The notes under the pieces are model-generated. The model was not told where the DNA came from. It saw only the letters and a list, made by a program, of their open reading frames with translations, and did not search any database. Position numbers and translations under genes: made by a program. Of a DNA stretch of 20,000 bases, positions 1 to 7,039 are shown piece after piece. Positions within the stretch are counted from its first letter, which is position 1; every line of letters begins with the position of its first letter. Origin of the DNA: an uncultured virus (IMG/VR IMGVR_UViG_3300042905_002851) (lineage: Duplodnaviria > Heunggongvirae > Uroviricota > Caudoviricetes); the IMG/VR virus record IMGVR_UViG_3300042905_002851; one strand, given 5' to 3'.

Positions 1-466
1 GTGAAATGTCCCCATTTCAATATTTCAAGACTACTTCGAAACTAACCCCTTGGTAGAAGTCGGTTAAGGTTAATAACGGCACCACCCGTACGTTAACATA
101 CCTTTCGGTTTTAAGTATCCTATGATACTGGAACCCGCAATAACAACATTGGAAATATTGATTCTTGCAACGTCCCTACGAGTTATTCCTATTGGAGTTC
201 CCTCCTCAACAAGATGACCCACATCACCTCGTCATAAAATCACTTTCCCTACACCGTTGGCCTCGGTACTAAAGATCTTATGGTATCTCGCCTGTGTACT
301 CGACCTCAATATTCCGAAGACTATTGAGACGCAAACCCGTTACACTTGGGGGTTCACTTTATCCTACTTTCGTAGTTTATTTTATGGACTATACACGGCC
401 CAATATCTTTATCAGTTTCACTCTTAAACCCGAAGGTTCTTAACCTAATCCTGAACGGATAATATC
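1..466 (-). ncRNA. Large structured non-coding RNA, 3' part outside window; tentatively GOLLD/ROOL-class phage RNA
   Basis: No long ORF and clearly more GC-rich than flanks. Minus-strand hairpins: cUUCGg (427-438, 305-328), GAAA (364-375, 100-109), GGAA (194-205), GGGA (3-18), plus a 10-bp G-U-containing stem near 206-231. Tetraloops read correctly only on the minus strand. Lies downstream of two promoters and a boxA-like element. Family name is inferred from size and context. Confidence 0.8.
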
Positions 467-471
467 TAAAA

Positions 472-501
472 TTTCAAAGAACTTTATCGGACGTTTCCGA
501 T
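472..501 (-). promoter_or_regulatory. rrn-like leader: hairpin (486-501) followed by boxA-like GUUCUUUGAAA (472-482)
   Basis: AUCGGA-AACG-UCCGAU hairpin then AAGUUCUUUGAAAUU; near-identical element at 7453-7463. Confidence 0.55.
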
Positions 502-509
502 TTGTTTTA

Positions 510-541
510 CAAAGATAAGAATACTTTTTGAATTTTCCAAA
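510..541 (-). promoter_or_regulatory. Bacteroidota-type housekeeping sigma promoter P2 of the large ncRNA
   Basis: Minus strand TTTG-N20-TATCTTTG matches the -33 TTTG / -7 TAnnTTTG consensus. Confidence 0.8.
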
Positions 542-609
542 TTTTTTCTAAACTTTTTTGTTTTTTTTTGAGATTTGTGTCTGAACTGTTATCTACCTCA
601 TTTGTCTTA

Positions 610-640
610 CAAAGATAATAACTTTATTTTGTTATATCAA
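610..640 (-). promoter_or_regulatory. Bacteroidota-type promoter P1 of the large ncRNA
   Basis: Minus strand TTG-N20-TATCTTTG; 500-518 and 600-618 match at 18 of 19 positions, exactly 100 bp apart. Confidence 0.7.
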
Positions 641-657
641 GTAATTTGTAATATTTT

Positions 658-795
658 TTAATATTTTTCTATATAAACATCATATGTTCCATAGTATTGT
701 GCTCTTAGTTGTGCAAATACTAAATTAGATGTCCACATTTTTTTTCCGTTGGCAATATAAACATACATTTCAACAATTTTAATTTCCTCTACCAT
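658..795 (-). CDS. Small hypothetical protein (45 aa, MVEEIKIVEMYVYIANGKKMWTSNL...)
   Basis: Hand-translated ATG..TAA ORF with A-rich upstream region, not in ORF track; fills the gap co-directionally. Confidence 0.6.
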   Translation of the reverse strand: MVEEIKIVEMYVYIANGKKMWTSNLVFAQLRAQYYGTYDVYIEKY

Positions 796-852
796 AATTT
801 TTTTATTTTATATTTAAAAATATATAATATATATAAACATTAGTCAAATTTA

Positions 853-2262
853 TTAAAGATTTTTTTTCATTAAATCTTTCATTCGATTAACCTCTTCATT
901 AATTTTATGTGTTTTTTTGTTTTCACTTATGTTACTTGTTGAATTTGAAGATCCGCCAATATAGTATAAATGCCAAGGTTCTGGAATTCTTAATTTTCCT
1001 GTGTTAACATATGTTACCTCAAACCCATATTTGCTCGCATTTTTTGATACCCATTCCTTAACATCTTTATTTGCGTCCCACCACGAATTTTCCACACTAA
1101 AAATATCAAAAGCTTTTCCTGTGTGATGTTGACTAAATCCAGGTAAAGAATTTGATTTTTGCGTATCATCAACCCCTCTTGTTTTAGCCTTTGTTCCAAA
1201 ATTTAAAACTTGGTCGTCATAACTTCTATAACCTGATACGATATCAGACGGATATTTTACATTAGGGTAATCAAGTTTACAATCTTTTATTAATTCTTTA
1301 ACTTTTTTCTCGGCCTCTTTATTAACTCCACCATTATCAGGACTTGGATTTCCTTCCATCTTAAACTCTTTATCTATATTATCTTGTGTAATATTTAAAT
1401 TATACGGCGATTTTTTTAACTTTTCTATTGAAGACAAAACACCTGATGGTAGTTTGGTGTCTTTTATGTTTTGACTATTTTTAATTGTTAGTTTTTCGTT
1501 TCCAGATTTTTTACCAGGAGAAAACATATCCAACCAACCCATTAATTCTTTACCCCCAAATAAACTAAACAAAGAGTTATTATTTTTGGTATCACCACTT
1601 ACATCATTAGTTGTTGTATCATTAGTTGTTGTATCATTAGTTGTTGTATCGGTATTTGTTGTGGTTGGTATACCAGAATTATCTTTAAAATCATCCACAG
1701 ATGGTGGTGATGAAGAGTTTTGGAGTCTATTTGAAATGTGTAAGTGGTTGTAGTGATTTCCTCCAATGTTTGTGTGCCACAAAACTGCCTTGTCTTTACC
1801 ACTCTCGGTATTCCATGTATATCCCATTGACACTAACGCATCTTTTAATTTAAACCCTAATTCTCTAAATTTTGCCAACCCATTTGTTGCGTTAGACGCT
1901 CCTCCTGAACCAACACCGTCTAATATTGCAACATCAACACCAGTACCGTTCATATGCCTACTTACATTTTTAGATCCTTTTACATTTCTATTATGTCCTG
2001 TTTTAGCGGTGGTTATTGTTGCAACAATTCCTACAGATTTTGCGGCAGCATTTATATCATCTAATAACGGTTTATTAACAGAATCGTTTTGGGTTCCATC
2101 ACTATCAAATTTTAAATTTGGATAATTAGTGCTATTAAGTTTAACTAAATTAAGATCTTCATTAATTATATTTTTGTTATTTAATATGTCATCATATTTA
2201 GAAATGATCTCTATTATTATATCATTTTCTTTTATGTGATTTCTATGAAAATTATTACTCAT
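853..2262 (-). CDS. Two-domain peptidoglycan peptidase: N-terminal M15-like (Hedgehog/DD-peptidase fold) domain, Thr/Asp linker, C-terminal VanY-like M15B domain
   Basis: Domain 1: SRHMNGTGVD...HYNHLHIS. Domain 2: SGYRSYDDQ...PGFSQHHTGKAFD...EPWH (SxHxxGxAxD and ExxH motifs). Confidence 0.8.
   Translation of the reverse strand: MSNNFHRNHIKENDIIIEIISKYDDILNNKNIINEDLNLVKLNSTNYPNLKFDSDGTQNDSVNKPLLDDINAAAKSVGIVATITTAKTGHNRNVKGSKNVSRHMNGTGVDVAILDGVGSGGASNATNGLAKFRELGFKLKDALVSMGYTWNTESGKDKAVLWHTNIGGNHYNHLHISNRLQNSSSPPSVDDFKDNSGIPTTTNTDTTTNDTTTNDTTTNDVSGDTKNNNSLFSLFGGKELMGWLDMFSPGKKSGNEKLTIKNSQNIKDTKLPSGVLSSIEKLKKSPYNLNITQDNIDKEFKMEGNPSPDNGGVNKEAEKKVKELIKDCKLDYPNVKYPSDIVSGYRSYDDQVLNFGTKAKTRGVDDTQKSNSLPGFSQHHTGKAFDIFSVENSWWDANKDVKEWVSKNASKYGFEVTYVNTGKLRIPEPWHLYYIGGSSNSTSNISENKKTHKINEEVNRMKDLMKKNL
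1603..1650. repeat. 15-bp tandem repeat x3 encoding DTTTN linker
   Basis: ATCATTAGTTGTTGT repeated three times. Confidence 0.95.
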
Positions 2263-2277
2263 GCTAATAAATACACC

Positions 2278-2751
2278 TTAAATTAAAAACCATTCAGGAA
2301 TGTCTCTATTTTTCCATTTTGCAAAATCTTTTTTTGCCCCTATATAGTAGTTTCTATAAGATTGTATGACGTTATTAACTTTATATTCATCTGGCATAGC
2401 TTTTGGTGGTTCTGTGAACTCTGTGTCGGAAATGTTTGGTTTGTTTGTTAAACACCACTCTATTACCTCCTGAGACTTATGTCTTCTACCATAACGATAT
2501 GTGTATTCTTTACATAACTCCAAACCAAAATCACATAAATAAAGATAGTTGGATAAAGATTCTCGAGACCAAATTGCGCATGGGTGATTTTTGTGAGATA
2601 ACTTATATGGGATTTGATCGGTTACTTGATTTGTTACATGATGAACACCACATAAAAGTTGTGCTGTTTCCAAAATCATTTTTACTACGTGTTTGTCACA
2701 ATGATATTGTGCGCATTTTTTTGTGTCAAAATCTAAAAAGAAAATATTCAT
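2278..2751 (-). CDS. Pyrimidine dimer DNA glycosylase / endonuclease V (DenV)-related protein
   Basis: MNIFFLD...CAQYHCDKHVVKMILETAQLL...HKNHPCAIW signature typical of this phage family. Confidence 0.75.
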   Translation of the reverse strand: MNIFFLDFDTKKCAQYHCDKHVVKMILETAQLLCGVHHVTNQVTDQIPYKLSHKNHPCAIWSRESLSNYLYLCDFGLELCKEYTYRYGRRHKSQEVIEWCLTNKPNISDTEFTEPPKAMPDEYKVNNVIQSYRNYYIGAKKDFAKWKNRDIPEWFLI

Positions 2752-2787
2752 ACAGTAAAGGTATGAATTAAATTGTAATTTACAAAA

Positions 2788-3390
2788 TTATTGTTCTAAA
2801 TGTGTCATTAACACTCCACCAAGAGATGTAGCATAAACCTGAAGATGTTTTATTGAATCTTCATCAAGTTTAGTTTTTCTTTTTGTGTAATCAAGACCTA
2901 AACACCCAATAAACTTATCATCAATTGTTTTAATTGCAAATAAATACCCCGATTTACATCCTGTGTCTTCGGCAATATACTTTAATCCAAAAGTTGCAAT
3001 GGTTTCGTCTTTATAGTCTGAAATTTCAATCACATCATTACTTAATAATTGATTAATTGATTTTGAAAATAAATTAACGGGGATATTATGAAAATTACTT
3101 TGTACTGATGATATACCAGGATTTACCGTTTCATACATTATTGAAAACTTTGCCATTGATTTACCTGTTGGATAAAAATTTCCACCATTGTGAAATTGTG
3201 TGATCCAAACTCTATCAGGTTTAAATTCATCTTTTATATCTTCAATTTTATGGGTAACAAGTTCACTAACTCTAAGAGTTTCTCTAACCATATCCGGTTT
3301 AACTTTTTTCTTTTCTAATTTATTTTTAATGTAAACTAAAAGTATAGGTCCTAAAACACCTGTTATAAACGCAATAATAATTCCTGTCAT
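2788..3390 (-). CDS. Membrane-anchored protein with GAF-like domain; possible T4 T-type holin
   Basis: N-terminal TM helix (IIIAFITGVLGPILLVYI); RVWITQFHNGG...SGYLFAIKTIDDKFIGCLGLDY resembles a GAF fold; next to peptidase and second holin candidate. Confidence 0.5.
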   Translation of the reverse strand: MTGIIIAFITGVLGPILLVYIKNKLEKKKVKPDMVRETLRVSELVTHKIEDIKDEFKPDRVWITQFHNGGNFYPTGKSMAKFSIMYETVNPGISSVQSNFHNIPVNLFSKSINQLLSNDVIEISDYKDETIATFGLKYIAEDTGCKSGYLFAIKTIDDKFIGCLGLDYTKRKTKLDEDSIKHLQVYATSLGGVLMTHLEQ

Positions 3391-3427
3391 ATTTTCAAAC
3401 TTATAAATGATAAATATAATGATTAAT

Positions 3428-3454
3428 AAAAAAACCCACCAAAAGTGGGTTTTT
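3428..3454. terminator. Intrinsic terminator (bidirectional shape)
   Basis: AAAACCCAC-CAAAA-GTGGGTTTT with A/T tracts on both sides. Confidence 0.8.
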
Positions 3455-3474
3455 AATTTTAAAAATAATAAAAG

Positions 3475-3648
3475 TTAATTTTTGTTTTTAACAACAATTG
3501 ACCAAATGGCTCCTGCCAATGTAGTGGCTCCTCCTAAGATTTCTTGCACCATTGAATCCTCAACGATTCCTTTCATGACAAGAATACCGCCAATAAATGT
3601 AATGGTATGCCTAACGATGCCCAATAATTTTTCTTTTGTTAATTTCAT
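3475..3648 (-). CDS. Small two-TM putative holin (57 aa; resembles Pam3-gp28-like holins)
   Basis: Hand-translated MKLTKEKLLGIVRHTITFIGGILVMKGIVEDSMVQEILGGATTLAGAIWSIVVKNKN; missing from ORF track; followed by terminator. Confidence 0.7.
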   Translation of the reverse strand: MKLTKEKLLGIVRHTITFIGGILVMKGIVEDSMVQEILGGATTLAGAIWSIVVKNKN

Positions 3649-3699
3649 AATAAAATATTTAATGTTTATTTTACTATAAATATAAACAAATTGGTTAAA

Positions 3700-3792
3700 T
3701 TACAATTTATGTTTATTTACCATATACATACAGGTTAGAATTCCAACCAAACAAACCGGTATTCCTATTGCGATATAAATTTCTATTTCCAT
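3700..3792 (-). CDS. 30-aa single-TM microprotein
   Basis: MEIEIYIAIGIPVCLVGILTCMYMVNKHKL; TATTTAT motif upstream (3807-3813). Confidence 0.45.
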   Translation of the reverse strand: MEIEIYIAIGIPVCLVGILTCMYMVNKHKL

Positions 3793-3870
3793 GATATATA
3801 TTTGTTATAAATACGTATAAAATTTTGATTTAAATTAAAAAAAAGACTAATGATTATCAAATAACACTAA

Positions 3871-4080
3871 CTAATTACTATTTGACTCTAAATCTTTTTT
3901 TTCAAATAAACGTTCAAAGTAGTTAGTCCAATGTTCAAATATTGGGTAAATTATTATGACCCCAAACAACCCTAATATTATCGAAATAATTGATATTTTA
4001 TGTTGAACATATATTGAACAAAATACAATTCCAATAAATGAAATTAAACAACCAACAACTTTTGCTAAAATTTTTCTCAT
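3871..4080 (-). CDS. Small two-TM membrane protein
   Basis: Two hydrophobic segments; start moved to MRKILAK, which has an A-rich leader and no overlap. Confidence 0.65.
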   Translation of the reverse strand: MRKILAKVVGCLISFIGIVFCSIYVQHKISIISIILGLFGVIIIYPIFEHWTNYFERLFEKKDLESNSN

Positions 4081-4090
4081 ATTTTTATAA

Positions 4091-4333
4091 TTAAGATTTA
4101 GCAATGTGTTTTTTCATTAGTTCTGATGCCTTATTAACCGCCAATTCTTTGGTTTTAAAACCTGACTCAACAATTTTTTTAGCATGATACACAACATACT
4201 CTGTGTTTTTAACCTCACCTTTTAACCATTTTAATTTTGAGGCTTTAGCTGGTTTAAGACTGTCTTTTGCGTAGATGTCTAAATGTCCTACTTTTTGGAT
4301 GTAGCGTCCTTTGTTTCCCGATTTTAACGACAT
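4091..4333 (-). CDS. Hypothetical basic protein
   Basis: 80-aa ORF, A-rich leader, co-directional. Confidence 0.75.
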   Translation of the reverse strand: MSLKSGNKGRYIQKVGHLDIYAKDSLKPAKASKLKWLKGEVKNTEYVVYHAKKIVESGFKTKELAVNKASELMKKHIAKS

Positions 4334-4376
4334 AGTTTATTTTTTTTATTTTAAGTTAAACAATTATACATTTTTT

Positions 4377-4655
4377 TTAAATCAAAGCATCCCATTCAGA
4401 TACTATGAATTCAAGTTTTAAAAATCCCTCTACAGGAATATAGGTCACTTGAAAACCTCCAGATCCGACACTTGTTTCTCGTTCAATCGAATCCGTTAAT
4501 AACTCTCTTGCCTTTTCTCGAATCTCACCCATACAAGGTATTCCTTCTTCAGCACCATCCCACTGCCATCGTAAAGATCTCATGGTTTTATGAACTTTTT
4601 CAAAGTCAAACCAATCCATAACATTATCTAAAGCTTTTCTTTGTTCGTCAGTCAT
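4377..4655 (-). CDS. Hypothetical phage protein
   Basis: 92-aa ORF; TATATTTG promoter element 4 nt before ATG. Confidence 0.8.
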   Translation of the reverse strand: MTDEQRKALDNVMDWFDFEKVHKTMRSLRWQWDGAEEGIPCMGEIREKARELLTDSIERETSVGSGGFQVTYIPVEGFLKLEFIVSEWDALI

Positions 4656-4659
4656 ATTA

Positions 4660-4667
4660 CAAATATA
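4660..4667 (-). promoter_or_regulatory. TAnnTTTG -7 element, near-leaderless
   Basis: TATATTTG-taat-ATG. Confidence 0.6.
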
Positions 4668-4678
4668 AACAATTTTTT

Positions 4679-4948
4679 TTATAAAGACTGCACATTCTCC
4701 ATAATTTCTGTAACATCTTTTGGATTTAAATAACCAATCACATCATCCGTTACCGAAGTATCGTAGGTTATATCACCATCTTTACCCAAAACGGCAACTT
4801 CAAACAAACCATCTTTACCACCATATGAATGTGTGTGAGAAACAACAGATACACCGTATCCATTTTCAAACATCATTCGACACTTCACACCAATTTGGAA
4901 AGGTGCGTCTTCAATTTTTTCAAACTCTAAATCTTCAAATTTTTTCAT
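4679..4948 (-). CDS. Conserved hypothetical phage protein (FENGYGVSVV...GLFEVAVL type)
   Basis: 89-aa ORF; motif familiar from small phage proteins; promoter 4 nt before ATG. Confidence 0.8.
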   Translation of the reverse strand: MKKFEDLEFEKIEDAPFQIGVKCRMMFENGYGVSVVSHTHSYGGKDGLFEVAVLGKDGDITYDTSVTDDVIGYLNPKDVTEIMENVQSL

Positions 4949-4952
4949 AATA

Positions 4953-4960
4953 CAAATATA
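4953..4960 (-). promoter_or_regulatory. TAnnTTTG -7 element, near-leaderless
   Basis: TATATTTG-tatt-ATG. Confidence 0.6.
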
Positions 4961-5000
4961 AGTATTTTATTTTAATTATTAGCATATTTATAATAAAATA

Positions 5001-5736
5001 AATTATGAAAAATATTAACGATCATAAAAAAAGATTTTACAACTTAATGGAATCCACAATTGGTGATGTTAGACCATTACTTATGGAAGTTTATACTCCA
5101 CCTGGAGCAATAAAAGGAAGAAGTAGGGATTTTAAAGACAAAGCATCTTTCGAGGCGTTTAAAACCGTTCCTAAAGTTTCATTGTCCAACGGTCCATGGG
5201 TAAGAGATTTAACTTTGTTTCCTTCATTAGTTGAAAAGACTAATGACAGTAATAGACCTGCTCAGTGGAATTCGTGGGTAAGAAAGCTGAATCCTAATAT
5301 TAATATAGCGGTAACTACAATGAATGGTGAACTTTCAATGATGGCCGCTCAGATATTTTTAGTAAGTGCTTTAGTGGGATTAAGAAATTTAATTACAGAT
5401 GTTGATAGATTTTTTTCAGTTATATACAATACTCCAGGTCTTCAGGCAGCATTTAAAGCCGCTGGTGGTGATCATACTGATACTTCAAGAATAGGGATTT
5501 ATAGTGGACAAGTACGTGATCGGTATGTAAATAAAACAACCTTTAAAAATTACATAGATATTATTAACCCAATTTATACAGAACGACTCACCTCATACGC
5601 AATGCCCGAGGCACCTACAAAACCCCAATCATCTACAAAACCTTAATAAAACCCAACAATTATGAAAAAAATTAACGATTATAAAAAAAGATTTTACAAC
5701 TTAATGGAATCCACCATGGGAGATTCTAAACCATTA
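5001..5736 (+). repeat. Direct repeat pair (about 5001-5079 and 5658-5736) encoding the shared leader
   Basis: AATTATGAAAAA.ATTAACGAT.ATAAAAAAAGATTTTACAACTTAATGGAATCCAC present in both. Confidence 0.9.
5005..5646 (+). CDS. Hypothetical protein with shared N-terminal leader peptide (copy 1)
   Basis: 213 aa; MKNINDHKKRFYNLMESTIGDVRPLLMEV leader; TATTTAT at 4985-4991. Confidence 0.85.
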   Translation: MKNINDHKKRFYNLMESTIGDVRPLLMEVYTPPGAIKGRSRDFKDKASFEAFKTVPKVSLSNGPWVRDLTLFPSLVEKTNDSNRPAQWNSWVRKLNPNINIAVTTMNGELSMMAAQIFLVSALVGLRNLITDVDRFFSVIYNTPGLQAAFKAAGGDHTDTSRIGIYSGQVRDRYVNKTTFKNYIDIINPIYTERLTSYAMPEAPTKPQSSTKP

Positions 5737-6165
5737 ATTAATGAAGTGTTTGATTCACTCACTGTAAATACAAATATAACAACCGCACTACAAGGGGTTG
5801 CAACATTCTATAATAACTCATTAAATCAATATTACACAGACAACCCTAATAAACCTAAGAATTATTTTTCAGTTAAAAGAACAACGGGAATGAGAGACTC
5901 TAGTGGTGAAGAAGAGATTGTGTGGAAGCCATACTTTGGGAATACAGAACTTAATGTTGATGGGGTAAGACTTAGGGCTATTTATGACTATCAATTTAAA
6001 GCTGTCCCCACCATGAAAACATTTATAAATACTGGATTAATAGATCCTATTATGAATAAGATGACTAAAATTGATGGGGTTTCAAGGGTTAATACAACAC
6101 CGTCTAACACAGCAGTTACTGCCATAACTAACATTCTTAAACAAGTTAATCCGACAAGGCCCTAA
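5662..6165 (+). CDS. Hypothetical protein with shared N-terminal leader peptide (copy 2)
   Basis: 167 aa; MKKINDYKKRFYNLMESTMGDSKPLINEV leader. Confidence 0.85.
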   Translation: MKKINDYKKRFYNLMESTMGDSKPLINEVFDSLTVNTNITTALQGVATFYNNSLNQYYTDNPNKPKNYFSVKRTTGMRDSSGEEEIVWKPYFGNTELNVDGVRLRAIYDYQFKAVPTMKTFINTGLIDPIMNKMTKIDGVSRVNTTPSNTAVTAITNILKQVNPTRP

Positions 6166-6198
6166 TAAAAAACCCCAACAATTATGATGGGACGTTTA

Positions 6199-6639
6199 TT
6201 AAGAACTTTTTAATATTTGAAAGTTAATAAATATACAAATTTCAATATAAGTCTGTAAAATATCGGAATCTAAAACAAATTGTTCGGATATTGAAAACCA
6301 TGCGACTTGTTCATTATTTAAATTTACAACCAATCCGGTAGTGTATCCATCAACTAAGAAATTAATTATGTAAATTCCGTCTTTAACATCAAAGGATATA
6401 TCACCCTCAACTTCAACACCATTACTTTTTATAATAAAAAATCTATTATTGGTTAAATCAATATCATAAAAACTATTAACTTTTCTATGTTCGTAGATAA
6501 GACTATCATTATTTATAACATTTAAAACACTGGTGTCTTGTCCGTAAGAGTCCATAACTTCAGATACCTTAATTTTAATAACTTGTGAATTAAAAAAATT
6601 AACAAAAAATAACGACAGAGTTAAAAAAAGTGTTTTCAT
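6199..6639 (-). CDS. Secreted hypothetical protein with Bacteroidota-style signal peptide
   Basis: Likely start MKTLFLTLSLFFVNFFNS/Q (Gln after cleavage site); the ORF-track extension runs into tRNA-Asp. Confidence 0.75.
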   Translation of the reverse strand: MKTLFLTLSLFFVNFFNSQVIKIKVSEVMDSYGQDTSVLNVINNDSLIYEHRKVNSFYDIDLTNNRFFIIKSNGVEVEGDISFDVKDGIYIINFLVDGYTTGLVVNLNNEQVAWFSISEQFVLDSDILQTYIEICIFINFQILKSS

Positions 6640-6663
6640 AATAGTTATTTTTTTAAAGTTTAG

Positions 6664-6736
6664 CGGTCCCGACGGGATTCGAACCCGTATCTCGCACCGT
6701 GACAGGGTGGAATTGTAACCATTCAACCACGGGACC
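6664..6736 (-). tRNA. trnD: tRNA-Asp(GUC)
   Basis: Acceptor GGUCCCG/CGGGACC, anticodon loop CU-GUC-AC, T arm ACGGG-UUCGAAU-CCCGU, G73; CCA not encoded. Confidence 0.93.
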
Positions 6737-6816
6737 AAGTTTATCAGTCTTTCCTGATCGTCACCCCTAACCCACAGGTATGAACCCGTATCGTAGTAAA
6801 GCTTGGTTAGCTATAG

Positions 6817-6888
6817 TAGTCCCACCGGGAATCGAACCCGACTTTCCAGGATGAAAACCTGACGACCTAACCGATAGTCGATGGGACC
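6817..6888 (-). tRNA. trnE: tRNA-Glu(UUC)
   Basis: Acceptor GGUCCCA/UGGGACU, UCAGG-UUUUCAU-CCUGG, T loop UUCGAUU. Confidence 0.95.
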
Positions 6889-6895
6889 AAAAATA

Positions 6896-6956
6896 AGGGT
6901 AGACACGGGCCTAGCTAGCCATCTTTCAGGAAAGGCCCTTACGAATATTCTACCCT
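6896..6956 (-). ncRNA. Unidentified ~60-nt structured RNA in tRNA spacer
   Basis: Nested perfect stems AGGGUAGA/UCUACCCU and GGGCCU/AGGCCC. Confidence 0.5.
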
Positions 6957-6961
6957 TTTAG

Positions 6962-7034
6962 TTGCGGGAACAGGGCTCGAACCTGTAATCTCGGCTTATG
7001 AGACCGAGCGGATGACCAATTTCCACATCCCGCG
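6962..7034 (-). tRNA. trnM: tRNA-Met(CAU), initiator-like
   Basis: CGCGGGA/UCCCGCA with C1xA72 mismatch; UCGGU-CUCAUAA-GCCGA anticodon arm; T loop UUCGAGC. Confidence 0.9.
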
Positions 7035-7039
7035 ATATG

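Noticed and set aside
1..466. rRNA, RNase P RNA or group II intron
   Set aside because: No recognisable universal rRNA motifs, no GAGGAAAGUCC P4 motif, and no GUGYG start or interrupted gene in the visible part
404..466. Hammerhead ribozyme (GUU...GAAAC stem-III-like pairing)
   Set aside because: No CUGANGA core in the right place and no room for stem II
3482..3679. Plus-strand 65-aa ORF
   Set aside because: Antisense shadow of the minus-strand holin-like gene 3475-3648
5001..5736. DGR template/variable repeat pair
   Set aside because: Differences are not confined to adenines, both copies are coding N-termini, and there is no reverse transcriptase in the window
6640..6738. N-terminal extension of ORF 6199..6738
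   Set aside because: Overlaps tRNA-Asp; the signal peptide starts at 6639
6737..6816. HDV-like theta ribozyme downstream of tRNA-Glu
   Set aside because: A P1-like stem, GG and a P4-like hairpin are present, but there is no L3 with P1.1 CC and no catalytic C in a J4/2 strand
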